From Octopus bimaculoides (taxonomy: Eukaryota): a DNA stretch of 64,000 bases. This document shows, piece after piece, positions 51,697-64,000 of the stretch (positions are counted from its first letter, which is position 1; the number at the start of each line of letters is the position of its first letter). Where the stretch lies: the NCBI RefSeq assembly GCF_001194135.2, contig NC_068984.1:90638890-90702889 (forward strand), read 5' to 3'. The position numbers and the translations under genes were made by a program. The notes under the pieces were generated by a model that made no database searches, was not told the DNA's origin, and worked only from the letters and a program-made list of their open reading frames with translations.

Positions 51697-52819
51697 TGAT
51701 AATATAAACACAAAAAAACTATCAGACAAACGCACTTTTGAAAACTATTACACAGAAGTGTAGATGCGCCAGCACTGAAAACTAAAGTTGTTTTTAGATT
51801 TAGCAACTGATACTAACTTCCCCTGCATCTGGCGATCGTGAAAAGTGAAACAGCTTCACAGATTTCACTGCAGCCAAAAACTGTCGGTGGGAAATATCAA
51901 TGTAAAGAGCTTGAATACGATTTAATTATTAGTTTTTAATGGCTGGCAATAGTAGTAAATTGAGTAAATAAAGTAACAACGCCATCCACTACATTTAGAA
52001 AAATAATAAAAATTCAGATCGTTAAAGTAAGGAGCGTGAATGGTTGTTTACAATTGCTGCTTAATGATAGGGATGCTTATAATGGTGGTGGTAGCGGTGG
52101 TGGTAGTGGTAGTGGTAGTGGTGGTGACAACGGTAGTAGTAATATTGATGATAATGTATATCTAACAGCCACAAAACAAATGTGAAAATAGACTAAATCC
52201 GTTTTTTCAATATAAATTTGATGAAACAGAAAATGAGACGACATAATTCAACGAGTATGTAAATATAGCACTATTTCTGGAAGAGAAGGAAGACGATCTG
52301 CTATTCTCGTATCCACTAATTATTATACCAACATATTTTGTCGACAGTACACAAGCACATCGCAGAAATAAATATGTGATTGTCGGAAAAGCAGAATTAT
52401 GATGAAATTTAAACATAATAATTAAAATTTGCTTAGCAAACATTAAAGATTTTGAAATGTATTGATGTCAATAAAACGTAACTAGGTTCAGCTAAAGAAT
52501 GTGACGGGGGCATCACATATACAAACAAAACACAAGAAGAGCCACTTAGGTTAGATAGAAATACATTTCATCAAAGTGGTTAAAGTTTATTTAACAATAT
52601 ACAGAAAACAAATAATTACATACTAAATAATAGAATAAAGATGCATTGCAAAATCGAAGATGCCAGAAAACTAGTAAAAAAACTGGGTGTATATAGAATT
52701 GTTGATGGAAAAGAGAAAAACAGTGCGGCCTGTTTAAGAGGACGGGTCTATGTTTAGATGCATGCTAGTTTTAATTATGTAAACGAACACTGCAAAAAGG
52801 TTAACAGATGTAAACTTAC

Positions 52820-52923
52820 TTTCCATGAAACCAGTCATTGCAGACGTCACATTCGATCATAAACCGCGTATCATCATAAGGCAGGCGACATAAACAATAC
52901 ACAGGTTCACCATCAGCCGCCAT
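52820..52923 (-). CDS. PHF8: KDM7/PHF8-family histone demethylase, coding exon 1 (start; PHD finger N-half)
   Basis: Reverse complement reads [34 protein letters not shown] + AA, then GTAAGT donor. Matches the KDM7-family PHD start (YCxCRLPYD..RFMIECD.C.DWFHG). 104 nt. The symbol denotes the family; this is probably a co-ortholog of PHF8/KDM7A/PHF2. Confidence 0.95.
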
Positions 52924-53260
52924 GATGAGGGTTTCCCCTTAACAGAACAATGATCCGGAAGTGACACGAGTGTGTGTTGCATGATGGGTAACTGACACTC
53001 ATTCCCCACTTTACCTCTACCTCAATCCTGTCGACTCCTCGCCAACTTGCTCTGATTTCTCTCTGCCACAAACAGCTCAGTCATAACTCTTCACACATAA
53101 CTCATTTACTGGGACTAACAACAATAACAACACAAAAATGTAGAACAGCCGTCGTTGTCCTTTTTTCTTTTGCTCTGCCGCCATGTCTTTTTTCTTATTT
53201 TTACTAAAAATGACGCATTTTATGTTTTAAATCGTTTCTCTTTTTTTGTTAAAAATAATC
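52924..53260 (-). promoter_or_regulatory. Probable 5' UTR / proximal promoter of the KDM7 gene
   Basis: Non-repetitive and CpG-retaining, directly upstream of the ATG. ETS-type CCGGAAGTG at 52955-52963 and a YY1-like GCCGCCATGT near 53177-53186. The TSS cannot be determined from sequence. Confidence 0.5.
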
Positions 53261-54124
53261 TTTTTTTTTAATTAATGTTTAAGATATATAACCATGTATA
53301 TTTATTTATCTAAATGCCATTTCTGTGTGTGATTTTGTTTATTTTCTCTGCTCAAAAATTAAGAAGTGTGAGTATTGAGGTGTTTTTACCCTCGACTGCA
53401 TTTTTAAGCTTATAATATTGTGTTTGTATTTTAGCGAAGCATCTGAGCATTGGTATATTCTCATATTTAAAATATATTAACAAATAATATAGCTGATAAT
53501 GAAATAATGTGCTGCTACTAATCTGTTTGCCAGAGTAGTTAATTCCGAGTTCATAAAGTGAATCATCGAATCCCTTTTCCAAATAAATTACGGCATAACT
53601 ACAGGGTTTTATTTACTTCATTCATTCTTGGGACGGCTCCTGTAAAGGTGAAATAATTTCTGAGAAAAGGTCATTTAAGATATTGTTTTGTAGATAAAAT
53701 TTTTAAGTAAATGTTTTTTTTTTTTGATAATTGTAAATGTATTTTATTTATTTGTTTTTTTACTTTATTTTCCGTAAAATACATTTCGTGATAATTACTC
53801 ATATCGAGTTATTTTGTTGTCTACATTCCCTCTATTTCAACGTACCTTTATTTCATAGTCTACTATATCGTCTTCCTGCGCAAATTCAAATTCAGTCTCA
53901 CCGCCATCCCCATTTGTAAAAGTGTAAAAACAAAAGCTATTCAGCAACATAAAACTAATGTACTAGCTCTCAAGTTTTTTCTGAAGTCTCTCAAACTTTT
54001 CATCATCCTACCTACCTCACCATTATGCATCTGCGGGGTTGATTAGGCCAATAAATGTTGTGACTTTATATTTGGAGGAGAGTTATTTGTAGCATCATTT
54101 TGGTTAAAGAGATGAAATAAAACA

Positions 54125-54655
54125 AAAGTACCCACTACACTCTCAGAGTGGTTGGCTTTAGGAAGGGCATCCAGCTGTAGAAAAATTGCCAGATCAGATT
54201 GGAGCCTGGTACAGCCTTCTGGCTTGCCAGTCCTCAGTCAAACCATGCCAGCATGGAAAGCAGACGTTAAACGATGATGATACATATTCTTGTTTCAGTC
54301 ATTTAGGCTGCAGCCATGCTGAAGCACCACCTTTAGTCAAGCAAATCAACTCAAGGACTTATTCTTTGTAAGCCTAGTACTTATTCTATTAGTCTCTTTT
54401 GCCAAACTGCTAAGTTACAGGGATATAAACGCACCAACATCGGTTGTCAAGTGATTTGGGGGGAAGGGGACAAACAAACATACACACTACATATGATGGG
54501 CTTCTTTCAGTTTCCATCTACCAAATCCACTCACAAGGATTTGGTTGGCATGAGGCTATAGTAGAAGACACTTTTCTCAAGGTGCTACACAGTGGGACTG
54601 AACCTGGAACCATGTGATTGGTAAGCAAGCTACTTACCACACGGCCACTCCTGCA
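54125..54655. mobile_element. RTE-tail repeat (+, 54125-54280) abutting a main-family SINE (-, 54287-54655)
   Basis: Same diagnostic motifs as 47600-48296. Confidence 0.8.
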
Positions 54656-56324
54656 CACATATATATATATTCCATTGGAACTTTAAAAGTTTATAACAAA
54701 CTACACTCTTGCTTTGAACTATTGCAAGTGTTATAGGATGCTGAAAATGAGTTTTGAAATTGTAATGGCTTGTGAAGTTCGAAGGTTTTGTACATAACAC
54801 TTTCTGTGGGACAAGTGAGTTTACAAGAGGTTGAATTCTATGCAACTCCATAAATTTGGGAAACTGGATTAGAAGGAAGAGGATATGTATGGCAAAGAAA
54901 ATAGTTTTAAAAAATTACTAAAGTTTTCTTTTAATCCTTTACTATTACAGATTATGTCTACATAAAAGAAAATTATTACATGAGAGTATTTGGTGCTTAA
55001 TTTAGTGAGATTATTTAACCACTTTGTTAGTCCTCATAATTCTGATGAAACCCACTGACCCTGTTTAAATTAATTTTGAAAATAATGACTTTCATAAAAC
55101 AACTTTTATTAAGCTGGTAGGAACAAATTTACAAGACATTTTGGTTTTCATAGTTTTAATTTGAAGAACTAAGGATGTTCTTGGACAGGTTGGTATCAGG
55201 AGAGTTAAACTAGATTAAGTCTACAGTCCTTTCGTTATTCTTTATTCCCTAGCTCACAACTGGAAGGGGAGGCTGTCCTCTCAACCAATATGCTACTGGA
55301 TGAAGAACTCTAGTGATGTTATTCCATGCTTTCCAATCCATAGTGCTGGCTTTAGCATGCTCGAGGTCAAGGTACTACAACTTCAGGTCTTCCTCAGTTT
55401 GTATTGCCCAGGTCTTCTTTGGTACACTGCACTGGATTCTCCAGTGTGCAAGTCAGTGCCACCACAAAAGTTGGTGTGATTGTCTTCTGGTACTTATCTT
55501 ACAGACCTGGCCAAACCACTGAAGTCTGTGATGCCAGACTTTCCCCATTAATATATTGAACACTCCCTATTCTTGTTTCAATGGTTGAATCTTAAGAAAT
55601 TTTATATATACATATATATATATATATATATAACTAATTTAAGATTTAAAACCATTTACAACATCATTTAACGTCTGTTGTCCATGCTAGCATAGGTTGG
55701 ACGTTTTGGCCAGAGCTGGGGAGCTGCATTAGACTCCAGTCTGGTTTGGAATGGTTTCTATGGCTGGATGCCAGCCACTTTATAATGTGCTGGGTGCTTT
55801 TACATGATACTGCCATGAGTGTTTTATACTACCAGAAGGATCCATCTTAACACTCCTGCTTTAGAGTTTCAGTGGTTTCAAATATAGACTTTGCCAAATG
55901 GCCGTTGTTCCACAAAATAATATAAAATGTAACTCTTATCTATTTTCTTAATGTATGTATATTTAAAATATAATTTCCAAAATTAAATAACAGTTGCATT
56001 TGTTTTTCTGCATAACTCCAGTTTCACTGGTGATGGAAACTTGGACAATTTAAGCAGTGTAAACTCTGGAAAAAGAAAAATGACGCAAAACAATGTTTGA
56101 CAAATGTAAAGAATATGATTAAAACACCTATTTTTGCTAGTTTGTATATTCTAAATTAAATATGTATATAAAATTATATAGAACTTTGCTTCCTATGCAT
56201 GCATGATGAGACAAATCATCAGTAACCAAGTCAGTTGTTATTCAGAGTTAGTGCCCTTCTAGACAATTTGGAGGATCATGTCTTGCTTGTACATTATGTA
56301 TATATATATGTGTGTGTGTGTGTG

Positions 56325-56690
56325 TGGAGGTGCAATGGCCCAGTGATTAGGGCAGCGGACTCGCGGTTTCGATTCCCAGACTGGGCATTGTGAGTGTTTA
56401 TTGAGCAAAAACACCTAAAGCTCCACGAGGCTCCGGCAGGGGATGGTGGCGAACCCTGCTGTACTCTTTCACTACAACTTTCTCTCACTCTTACTTCCTG
56501 TTTCTGTTGTGCCTGTAATTCAAAGGGTCAGCCTTGTCACGCTGAATATCCCTGAGAACTACGTAAAGGGTACACGTGTCTGTGGAGTGCTCAGCCACTT
56601 GCACGTTAATTTCAGGAGCAGGCTGTTCCGTTGATAGGCTCAACTGGAACCCTCAACATCGTAAGTGACAGAGTGCCAACAACAAACATA
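56325..56690 (+). mobile_element. tRNA-derived SINE, second family
   Basis: Pol III A-box-like TGGCCCAGTGATTAGG and B-box-like GGTTTCGATTCCC, followed by a non-tRNA body. CpGs are retained. No cloverleaf, so not called as a tRNA. Confidence 0.75.
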
Positions 56691-56700
56691 TATATATATA

Positions 56701-57220
56701 TGAGGCCTGATCAAAAAGTATTGGGGACTGGCTTTTCTACATTTCATCTTCAAAGTAGTCTCCTTATGAAGTTACACACATTATCCAGCATTATTTCCAT
56801 TGATGGAAGTTTTCCTGGAAACTCTTTTTGGTGGGGGGTATAGTAAGCAGCTACCTCATTGCATCCTCTTGGATTTCCTTGATGTTGTGAAATCATGTGG
56901 GTCTTCCACTGTGAAGACAGAACCTTGGTTTCAGGATCATAGACCCACAATTCATCAACTGTTATGACTGTTTCCAAAGTTTTTGTCTTCCTTGGCAATC
57001 AAGGAGATCCTGTACAGCTGAAATTCAATGTTCTTTGTGAGAGGACCTCACACTACACACTTTTCTTCTAAGTACTGCTATAAGCAATGAAAGTGAGTCA
57101 GAGCGTCATAACTTAGTGTGCATGCATGACAAAGTTCAAGGTCAATCTATGCCAAGGGGCTTTACTCTGTTTGCTTTAGCTCCATTACCATAGCAACAGT
57201 CTTGGTCATTTTTTTTTTAC
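56701..57220 (-). mobile_element. Internally deleted mariner (same family as 15526-16370)
   Basis: TIR TGAGGCCTGATCAAAAAGTAT after TA; ORF remnant ITVDELWVYDPETK..SSQWK; sub-terminal CAAGGTCAATCT.TGCCAAG shared with 16285-16300. Confidence 0.85.
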
Positions 57221-57223
57221 ACA

Positions 57224-57470
57224 TTCCAATCATTTGACTGCAGCCATGCTGGAACACCATCTTCAAGGGTTTTAGTCAAAGAAATCAACCCCAGGACTTA
57301 TTCTTTGTAAGCCTAGTGCTTATTCTATTGATTTCTTTTGCCAAACTGCTAAGTTACAGGGTTGTAAACACACCAACATCAGTTGTCGAGTAATAGTGGG
57401 GGGGGGGGACAAATATACAACAGGCTTCTTTCAGTTTTTATCTACCAAATCCATGTGGTTGAGAAGCAGC
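57224..57470 (-). mobile_element. Main-family SINE 3' half
   Basis: CATTTGACTGCAGCCATGCTGG...AGGACTTATTCTTTGTAAGCCTAG...CTTTCAGTTT..TCTACCAAATCCA. Confidence 0.75.
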
Positions 57471-57479
57471 CAAGTGTGG

Positions 57480-58850
57480 AACTGAAAAGACCATAGTTTA
57501 AATGAATACTTAGTACATGTGTTTGGTAAAGTATGTTTCTTAGTAAAAGGCCCTATGGGATGCTCATCTGTTTTTGCAGGTTCAGTGATGATGACTAGAT
57601 TCATATCATAGGGGCCAAATAACTTCTATGCATATTGAGTACATATTCAGAATACACTGGGTAGCTGAATGTGTCAGGTACCATGTTATAGTTTGTGTGC
57701 ATTGTATAAATGGGTATGTTTAGTTTGGGCTATTGTATATTTTAGTTGATGATCAGTTTCAGTGTTGGTGTGTGTGTGTGTAGGTATATATGGGATAAGC
57801 AGTTAATATGTATGTGAAGATTTCATAAGTAAATTGTGAGATGAAGTAAGAAAGAAAATTTTAGGGACAATAGTTGGAGATTTGTGAAGGTAAATTTCAT
57901 AGAGGTGTCTTAAAGTCTGAAATCTTTGCTCTTTTGTGTGTATAAATATAATCAGATTCAATGCATGTCTTACCATATGCTGAGATGCATATAGTGTATG
58001 TAATTGACTTCTGGTCAATATTGATGTTGCATGTGCTTGTGCAGGTATGTGGTTAGTGTAGCTCTAAGGTGTTAATCTGCCTGGATTGAAGCTTATTTGT
58101 ATTTAAGTACGTGTGGTGTTATTGTAGTGAAGTGGATATGTATGTGTTTTGAGTATTTTGTGCATGTATTTAAAGTTTGTGTTTATCTATGGCTGGGTAT
58201 GAAGGTGTCAAGTGTTTGTGCTAGTTTCTATAGATTTATGTGGTATGGCTAAGTAGATTGATAGGTCTGCAGTACAGCCTATGTACCAAAAGAAGCCGTG
58301 GATTATGTGGTGTTTTGTAGTAATACATCAATAATGTGTTGTAAGTGGACAAGGCCATCTACAGCCTGTTCCCCTGGGTTGAGTGCAGGTTGACAGTTGA
58401 AGTAGGTTTTAAGTTTTTTGTGCTCATAAATGACAAGTTCAGTGTTTTTGGTGAGGGGTAGTTCAAGGGGGAAAATAGGATGTGTATGCAATAGTTTGTC
58501 TCAAGACAGTGTAAGTTCAAAGGACACACTGATGTGCCAGAATAGTTACAGGATTATTGATTTGATGAAGATTATCAGGGTGTTTTAAGGTGACAGTCTA
58601 CACTAAGTTGTGAGTGGTAGCAATGGTGTGGAGAAGTGCTATTGTAGAAAGGAAAGATTCTTGCAGTGGTTTCAGTCTTTAGGTTGTAGCTGTGCTGAAA
58701 CACTGCATTCAAGAGTCTATCAACCCAAGAACTTAGTTTATCAAAAGGATGTATCCTCCTTACTATAAAGGGACATTACTCACAAGATACTTCAGTTTGA
58801 TGCACCAATCTATCAGCAGCCCTTGCCTGACTGTGTGTATATACATATGT
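57480..58850 (-). mobile_element. Decayed retroelement-like relic, family unresolved (possibly Penelope-like)
   Basis: 1.4 kb of GT-skewed, non-microsatellite sequence with a short remnant ORF (58303-58491). No diagnostic motif confirmed. Confidence 0.25.
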
Positions 58851-59746
58851 TAAGATTCAGGTACTTAAAGGTAAGGCACTAGGTTAGATCAGCATTAAAA
58901 TGCATACACAGCAATTATTGATGAATATCAACATCAGTACAGAAGGATATTCAGGTTATGTATGCAATTAATTGAACTCAATTGAGTATATCATCAGCCC
59001 TTAGGCTAATTCAAAAATGCACATTTTATTAAGTATATAACATTCTATTACAAGTGTTGATCATAGAATCACCAAATATGTGTGCCATGGATTAAAATTT
59101 TTTTTAAATGTCCTTAATCGGAAAATTTGTGTATTCATTTGAAGAAAATGGTTTTTTATAATGATATAATGTGCTCACTGATCAGTTAAAGAATTTGTTA
59201 GAAATGGTTGTATTGAATTAACATCTATCCATCGTTTGTTATTTATTTATATATATATACACACAAATAGCAGGTTTCTGTTTTAACAAATTTCACTCAA
59301 TGCATTAATCAACTTGGACTATGGCCAAAGGTAGTTGTGCAGTAGAATTGAACTCACAACCGTGTGGTTGCAAACCAAACTTTTCAACCACACATCCATG
59401 CTAGTGTCAATACACATGTTCATTACAACACAGTAATATGATATAAAATCACATGCTTTAATGGGTCAGTTTACAGCCTGTATGAATGTACTTATGAAAA
59501 ATTACTTTTTCATCAATATTGGCCAATGTAAAAAAAAGAACATTAATCTCTAAAATGCAATCATTCATATCTAATTTTATAACACTTGCAGTTTATGACG
59601 ACAAACTCATCCATACTTAGAATTTGTCTAAAACTGACAACAGAATGAAGCAGCATAAACTGAAAACTACTTATTGAGTCCCATCTCAGTATGCAAAAAT
59701 TATTCAGACATCCAGTTCATGTTTATATTTGCATGCATGTTTTTTA

Positions 59747-61145
59747 TTGGGTCATCCCATAAATAATGTGGGTTTTTTCAATTGCATGAGCTTAAAGTCG
59801 GAGGGGGGTGGGATAGGATGAACTACCTGCATCAACTTGCTATAAAAGCAGGTAGCAATTTTATCTTCTCTTATTCTTTGTGTAAGTTTTGAAGAGTGCA
59901 ATTCGATTTTAACAGTTATTTTTTCAAAGCTTTAATGGAAGTGACAAAGGAGCATATTTTGCTTTACGAGTTCAACAAGGGCAACAATACAATGGAAAGT
60001 GCAAGGAATATTAATGCAGTATATGGGAGTCAGACAATAAGTGTAAGCCAGTGTCAGTGGTGGTTCCAGAAACTATAGCCTAGAACATGAGCCTCATCCT
60101 GAAAGATTTGTAGAGCTTGACGAGAATGTCCTGCAAACCCTGATGGAACAAAATCCCATCATAACTGTTGAGGAACTATCAGAGAAGCTTGGACTTGGTC
60201 ATTCAACCATTCATCAACACCTGCATGACATTGTAAAAGTCAGCAAATAGGGCCTATGGGTTCCTCACAAACTTTCTGAGTCTAATCACGCACAGAGAGT
60301 GAATGTGTGCTCTTCTTTGTTGTCACATCTCATGAATGAACCGTTTTTAGACTGAATAGCGACTGATAAGGAGAAATGGGTTCTCTATAAAAGTGTCAAG
60401 CGCAAAAGACAGTGAGTAGGGAAAGGAGAAACACCGGCACCCCAGGTCTTCACCCACGTAAGGTGTTGTTATCTGTTTGGTGGGATATGAAAAGTTTANN
60501 NNNNNNNNNNNNNNNNNNNNNNNNNNNNNNNNNNNNNNNNNNNNNNNNNNNNNNNNNNNNNNNNNNNNNNNNNNNNNNNNNNNNNNNNNNNNNNNNNNNN
60601 NNNNNNNNNNNNNNNNNNNNNNNNNNNNNNNNNNNNNNNNNNNNNNNNNNNNNNNNNNNNNNNNNNNNNNNNNNNNNNNNNNNNNNNNNNNNNNNNNNNN
60701 NNNNNNNNNNNNNNNNNNNNNNNNNNNNNNNNNNNNNNNNNNNNNNNNNNNNNNNNNNNNNNNNNNNNNNNNNNNNNNNNNNNNNNNNNNNNNNNNNNNN
60801 NNNNNNNNNNNNNNNNNNNNNNNNNNNNNNNNNNNNNNNNNNNNNNNNNNNNNNNNNNNNNNNNNNNNNNNNNNNNNNNNNNNNNNNNNNNNNNNNNNNN
60901 NNNNNNNNNNNNNNNNNNNNNNNNNNNNNNNNNNNNNNNNNNNNNNNNNNNNNNNNNNNNNNNNNNNNNNNNNNNNNNNNNNNNNNNNNNNNNNNNNNNN
61001 NNNNNNNNNNNNNNNNNNNNNNNNNNNNNNNNNNNNNNNNNNNNNNNNNNNNNNNNNNNNNNNNNNNNNNNNNNNNNNNNNNNAAGAACTTTGTTCTTAA
61101 TTTTGAAAAATGAAAGAAGTATAAAAAAACCACGATTTATGTAAA
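59747..61145 (+). mobile_element. Mariner transposon (second family), frameshifted; catalytic part hidden by gap
   Basis: TA + TTGGGTCATCCCATAAAT TIR; TATAAAA at about 59841; ATG at 59935 gives MEVTKEH.LLYEFNKG..CQWWFQK, then WVPHKL (59900-60280 region), DKEKWVLY and HPRKVLLSVWWD. WVPH.L and WW. are mariner hallmarks. Confidence 0.9.
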
Positions 61146-61334
61146 CTCTCTTAGAAAAGAAGGAAATAAGATATATTTTGCAACAATGCTTGACTCTCTC
61201 TCTCTTTCTCTTAATATATTTGAAGTACATATTTTAATTTTATAATGTTTTTAGATTAGATTATGATGGAAACAAAAGTAATATTTTAAGTATTATGGCT
61301 GGGTAGATGAAGTACATTTGCATAACAGATTTAT

Positions 61335-61895
61335 AGGCAAAGGAGTGGCTGTGTGGTAAGAAGTTTACTTCCCCACCACATGATCCCTTGTTCAGTTCAA
61401 CTCTGTGACACCCTGGGAAAATATCTTCTACTGTAGCCCCAGGTCAATCAAAGCCTTGTGAGTGGATTTAGTGGACAAAAACTAAAAGAGGCTTGTCATG
61501 TATATGAGGGGGTGCTGAAAAGATCCTGACTTTAAGGGTATCACAAAAGCTTATTTGGAGACATGACCTTCTGAGTTCTTTTACAGGGTTTAGAAATACT
61601 GAAGGACCGCTGCAATAAGTGTGTGAATCTTAGAGGGGAATATGTTGAATAAAATAACTGATCCTCCTGTATTTTCTTTTTACCCAAAGCCAGGAACTTT
61701 TCAGTGCTTCCCCCTACCACTGCTTGACAACTAGTGTTGGTTTACATCCCCATAACTTAGTAGTTCAGCAAAAGAGACTGATAGAATAAGTATCAAGCTT
61801 TAAAAAAAAAAAAGTACAGTGATATGTTTGACTAAACTCTTCAAGGCAGTGTCCCAGCATGGCTGCAGTTCAATGACTAAAACAAGTAAAAGATA
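61335..61895 (+). mobile_element. Main-family SINE interrupted by a mariner MITE
   Basis: SINE head 61335-61500 and tail 61715-61895 are separated by the MITE listed next. Confidence 0.8.
61505..61713 (+). mobile_element. Mariner MITE (~210 bp, third TIR type)
   Basis: TA-flanked TIRs GAGGGGGTGCTGAAAAGATCCTG / CAGGAACTTTTCAGTGCTTCCCC. Interior encodes KDRCNKCVNLRGEYVE*, the mariner C-terminal motif (W.KCV...G.Y.E). Confidence 0.85.
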
Positions 61896-62409
61896 TATAA
61901 CATTTGAAGTGGAAGGGTTGGCCCCCTGTGGGCTTCACATGCCTCTGTTGTTACAATTTGTTAAATTAGTCATCTGCAGAAAAAAAACATGATTAAGAAA
62001 GGAATAACTAAGAATAATGTGGAAGTATCAGACAAAGTAGTTAGAAAAGTGCCTAGAAGTTGATGTTTAGTTTGACATCATCTTTAATGAAAAGCATGCA
62101 AATCATAACCATTCGGTCTTTTTCAGGAATTACTTACTTTGCACTATGTTGTTCAGTGTGTCTTTTTCTTTCCTAACCATTAGATGTGATTTGAAGGAGA
62201 TATGGCTGACTTATTTAAGCTGGTTGAGCATCATGTGCAGGTACCCTCTTTGATATTTACTATTATCACAACATTAAGAAATGCTGCTTTCTCTAATGCA
62301 CTGTCCTGATCTAAGGGGGATAATATGAATGTTCAATGTTAAAGAAACTCAGCTTATTAAATGACCAATTATCATGTATCCAAGTTGACAAAGAGTAACA
62401 CCAGAATTC

Positions 62410-62755
62410 CAGTCAGCTAGCACTGGCAATGACCACACTCAGACGATGCTTTTTACGTGCCACTGGCATGGGACAAGTCAGGTGGCACTGGCATCAACCA
62501 CACTCGAATGGTGCTTTTTATGTGCCACCAGCATAGGTAGCAATCAGGCGGTACTGTCATCAGCCACAACAATGACCTCGCTTGACTCAACGGGTTTTCG
62601 CAAGTGCAATTTATTGCCCAGTGATTCAAGGGTACTCTTAAATGGGCTGGTTATGCTGCAGTAGCATAGGCCACGGTTACAGTCTTGCCGGACTTTCTCA
62701 AGCACAGCATATCTCCAAAGGTCTCCGTCACTTGTCATCGCCTCCGTGAGGCCCA
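62410..62755 (-). mobile_element. RTE LINE 3' end
   Basis: LTEAMTSDGDLWRYAVLEK on -, followed by a 3' UTR with the tandem GGCACGTAAAAAGCA-type units. Confidence 0.85.
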
Positions 62756-62761
62756 TATTTA

Positions 62762-62804
<43 letters not shown>

Positions 62805-62827
62805 NNNNNNNNNNAGGCCCATATTTA

Positions 62828-62874
<47 letters not shown>

Positions 62875-63104
62875 ATATATGTATATATACATATATATAT
62901 GTATATATTCCACCCTTATGTACCCATTTTTACTATAATATGAATTCTAGCTCATGCTGAGCACTTCAACTCTAGCCCGTCTTTATGTCTTGTTATATTA
63001 ACAATATATAATTATACAAAAATTACAGGTTACATATATACATATATATGTATATCTTTATACACACATATATATGTATATATACATATATATATGTATT
63101 TAGA

Positions 63105-64000
63105 CATAAGAAGCATCAGATGTGGCGTGCAAGAGACGTTTGCATTGGTATGGTCATGTACTGCAGATGGACGAGGAGAGCTGTGTGAAGAAGTGCCACT
63201 CCCAAACAGTGGAAGGAATCCAGGGTAGAGGGAGACCCAGGAAGACATGGGATGAGGTGGTGAAGCATGACATTCGAACGTTGGGCTTCACAGAGGCAAT
63301 GACAAAAGACTGAGACCTCTGGAGGTATGCTGTGACTGAGAAGATCCGGTAAATAAAGTGAGTCCACAGCTGTAACTTACACCAGTATTGCATAACCAGT
63401 CCACTCAAAAGTACTTTGGATCATAGGGCGACATGCCATGCTTGAGGAGACCTATTGAGTCAAGTACATCATCAGTAATAGCAAAATCAAATCAAATGGA
63501 AATTGTAGTTGTGAGCCCTGTGCTGGTAGCATGTTAAAAGCACCATCCGAATGTGGCCAATGCTGAGTCGGTAGCATGTAAAAAACACCATCCAAACGTG
63601 GCCGATGCCAGTGTCGTCTTGACTGGCTTCCATACCAGTGGCATGTAAAAAGCACCATCCAAACGTAGCCAATGCCGAGTCAAGTACATCAACATCAGCA
63701 ATATCAAAATCAAATCAAATGGAAATTGTAGTTGTGAGCCCTGTGCTGGTAGCATGTAAAAAGCACTATCCAAATGTTGCCGATGCCAGTGCCACCTTCA
63801 GTGGCTTCTGTGCCGGTGGCACGTAAAAAGCACCCTCTACACTCTCGGAATGGTTGGTGTTAGGAAAGGCATCCAGCTGTAGAAACACTGCCAGATCAGA
63901 TTGGGGCCTGGTGCAGCCTCCTGGCTTCCCAGACTCCAGTTGAACCGTCCAGCCCATGCCAGCATGGAAAATGGACGTTAAACAATGATGATGATAATGA
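63105..64000 (+). mobile_element. RTE LINE 3' end with long tandem-repeat 3' UTR and (ATG)n tail
   Basis: RRLHWYGHVLQMDEESCVKKC...GRGRPRKTWDEVVKHD; 3' UTR ends GCATGGAAAATGGACGTTAAACAATGATGATG. Confidence 0.9.

Noticed and set aside
53895-53915. Minus-strand ATG GCG|GTGAGA as a tiny alternative first coding exon
   Set aside because: No matching in-frame acceptor was identified; the motif alone is too short to support.
56325-56400. tRNA gene
   Set aside because: Only A/B boxes are present with no cloverleaf, and it continues into a SINE body.
62750-62880. Direct duplication AGGCCCATATTTATGTGTGTG... on both sides of a 10-N gap
   Set aside because: Typical contig-overlap assembly artefact at a microsatellite.
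63458-63830. Regularly repeated units resembling a CRISPR-like array
   Set aside because: The units are tandem duplications within an RTE 3' UTR, with no unique spacers or cas genes, in eukaryotic DNA.

Overview
This is AT-rich, repeat-dense animal genomic DNA with about 15 N-gaps. The SINE, RTE and mariner families and the microsatellite style suggest an octopus genome (inference). One protein-coding gene can be assembled: a minus-strand KDM7-family (PHF8/KDM7A/PHF2-type) PHD + JmjC histone demethylase. Ten GT-AG coding exons run from the ATG at 52923 to a donor at 21143. They splice in frame to 1263 nt (421 codons), with an intact PHD finger and an intact H-x-D...H iron triad. I found no stop codon or further homologous exon in 1-21142, so the gene probably continues beyond the window. 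The rest is intronic or intergenic and filled with decayed mobile elements: RTE LINEs, a Tx1/L1-like LINE, a CR1-like LINE, an R4/Dong-like fragment, mariner copies and MITEs, hAT- and piggyBac-like MITEs, Helitron-like and Penelope-like pieces, and many SINEs. Most ORFs in the supplied track are microsatellite, gap or transposon artefacts. I did not find a clearly new multi-gene system. The best leads are regulatory or structural: a candidate stop-containing exon just after the JmjC region, a signal-anchor-like uORF, a CpG-retaining intronic segment that could start a PHD-less isoform, a 1.3-kb nested fold-back, a fold-back mariner, and degenerate hammerhead-ribozyme motifs. Coordinates of decayed repeats are approximate; exon coordinates were counted base by base.
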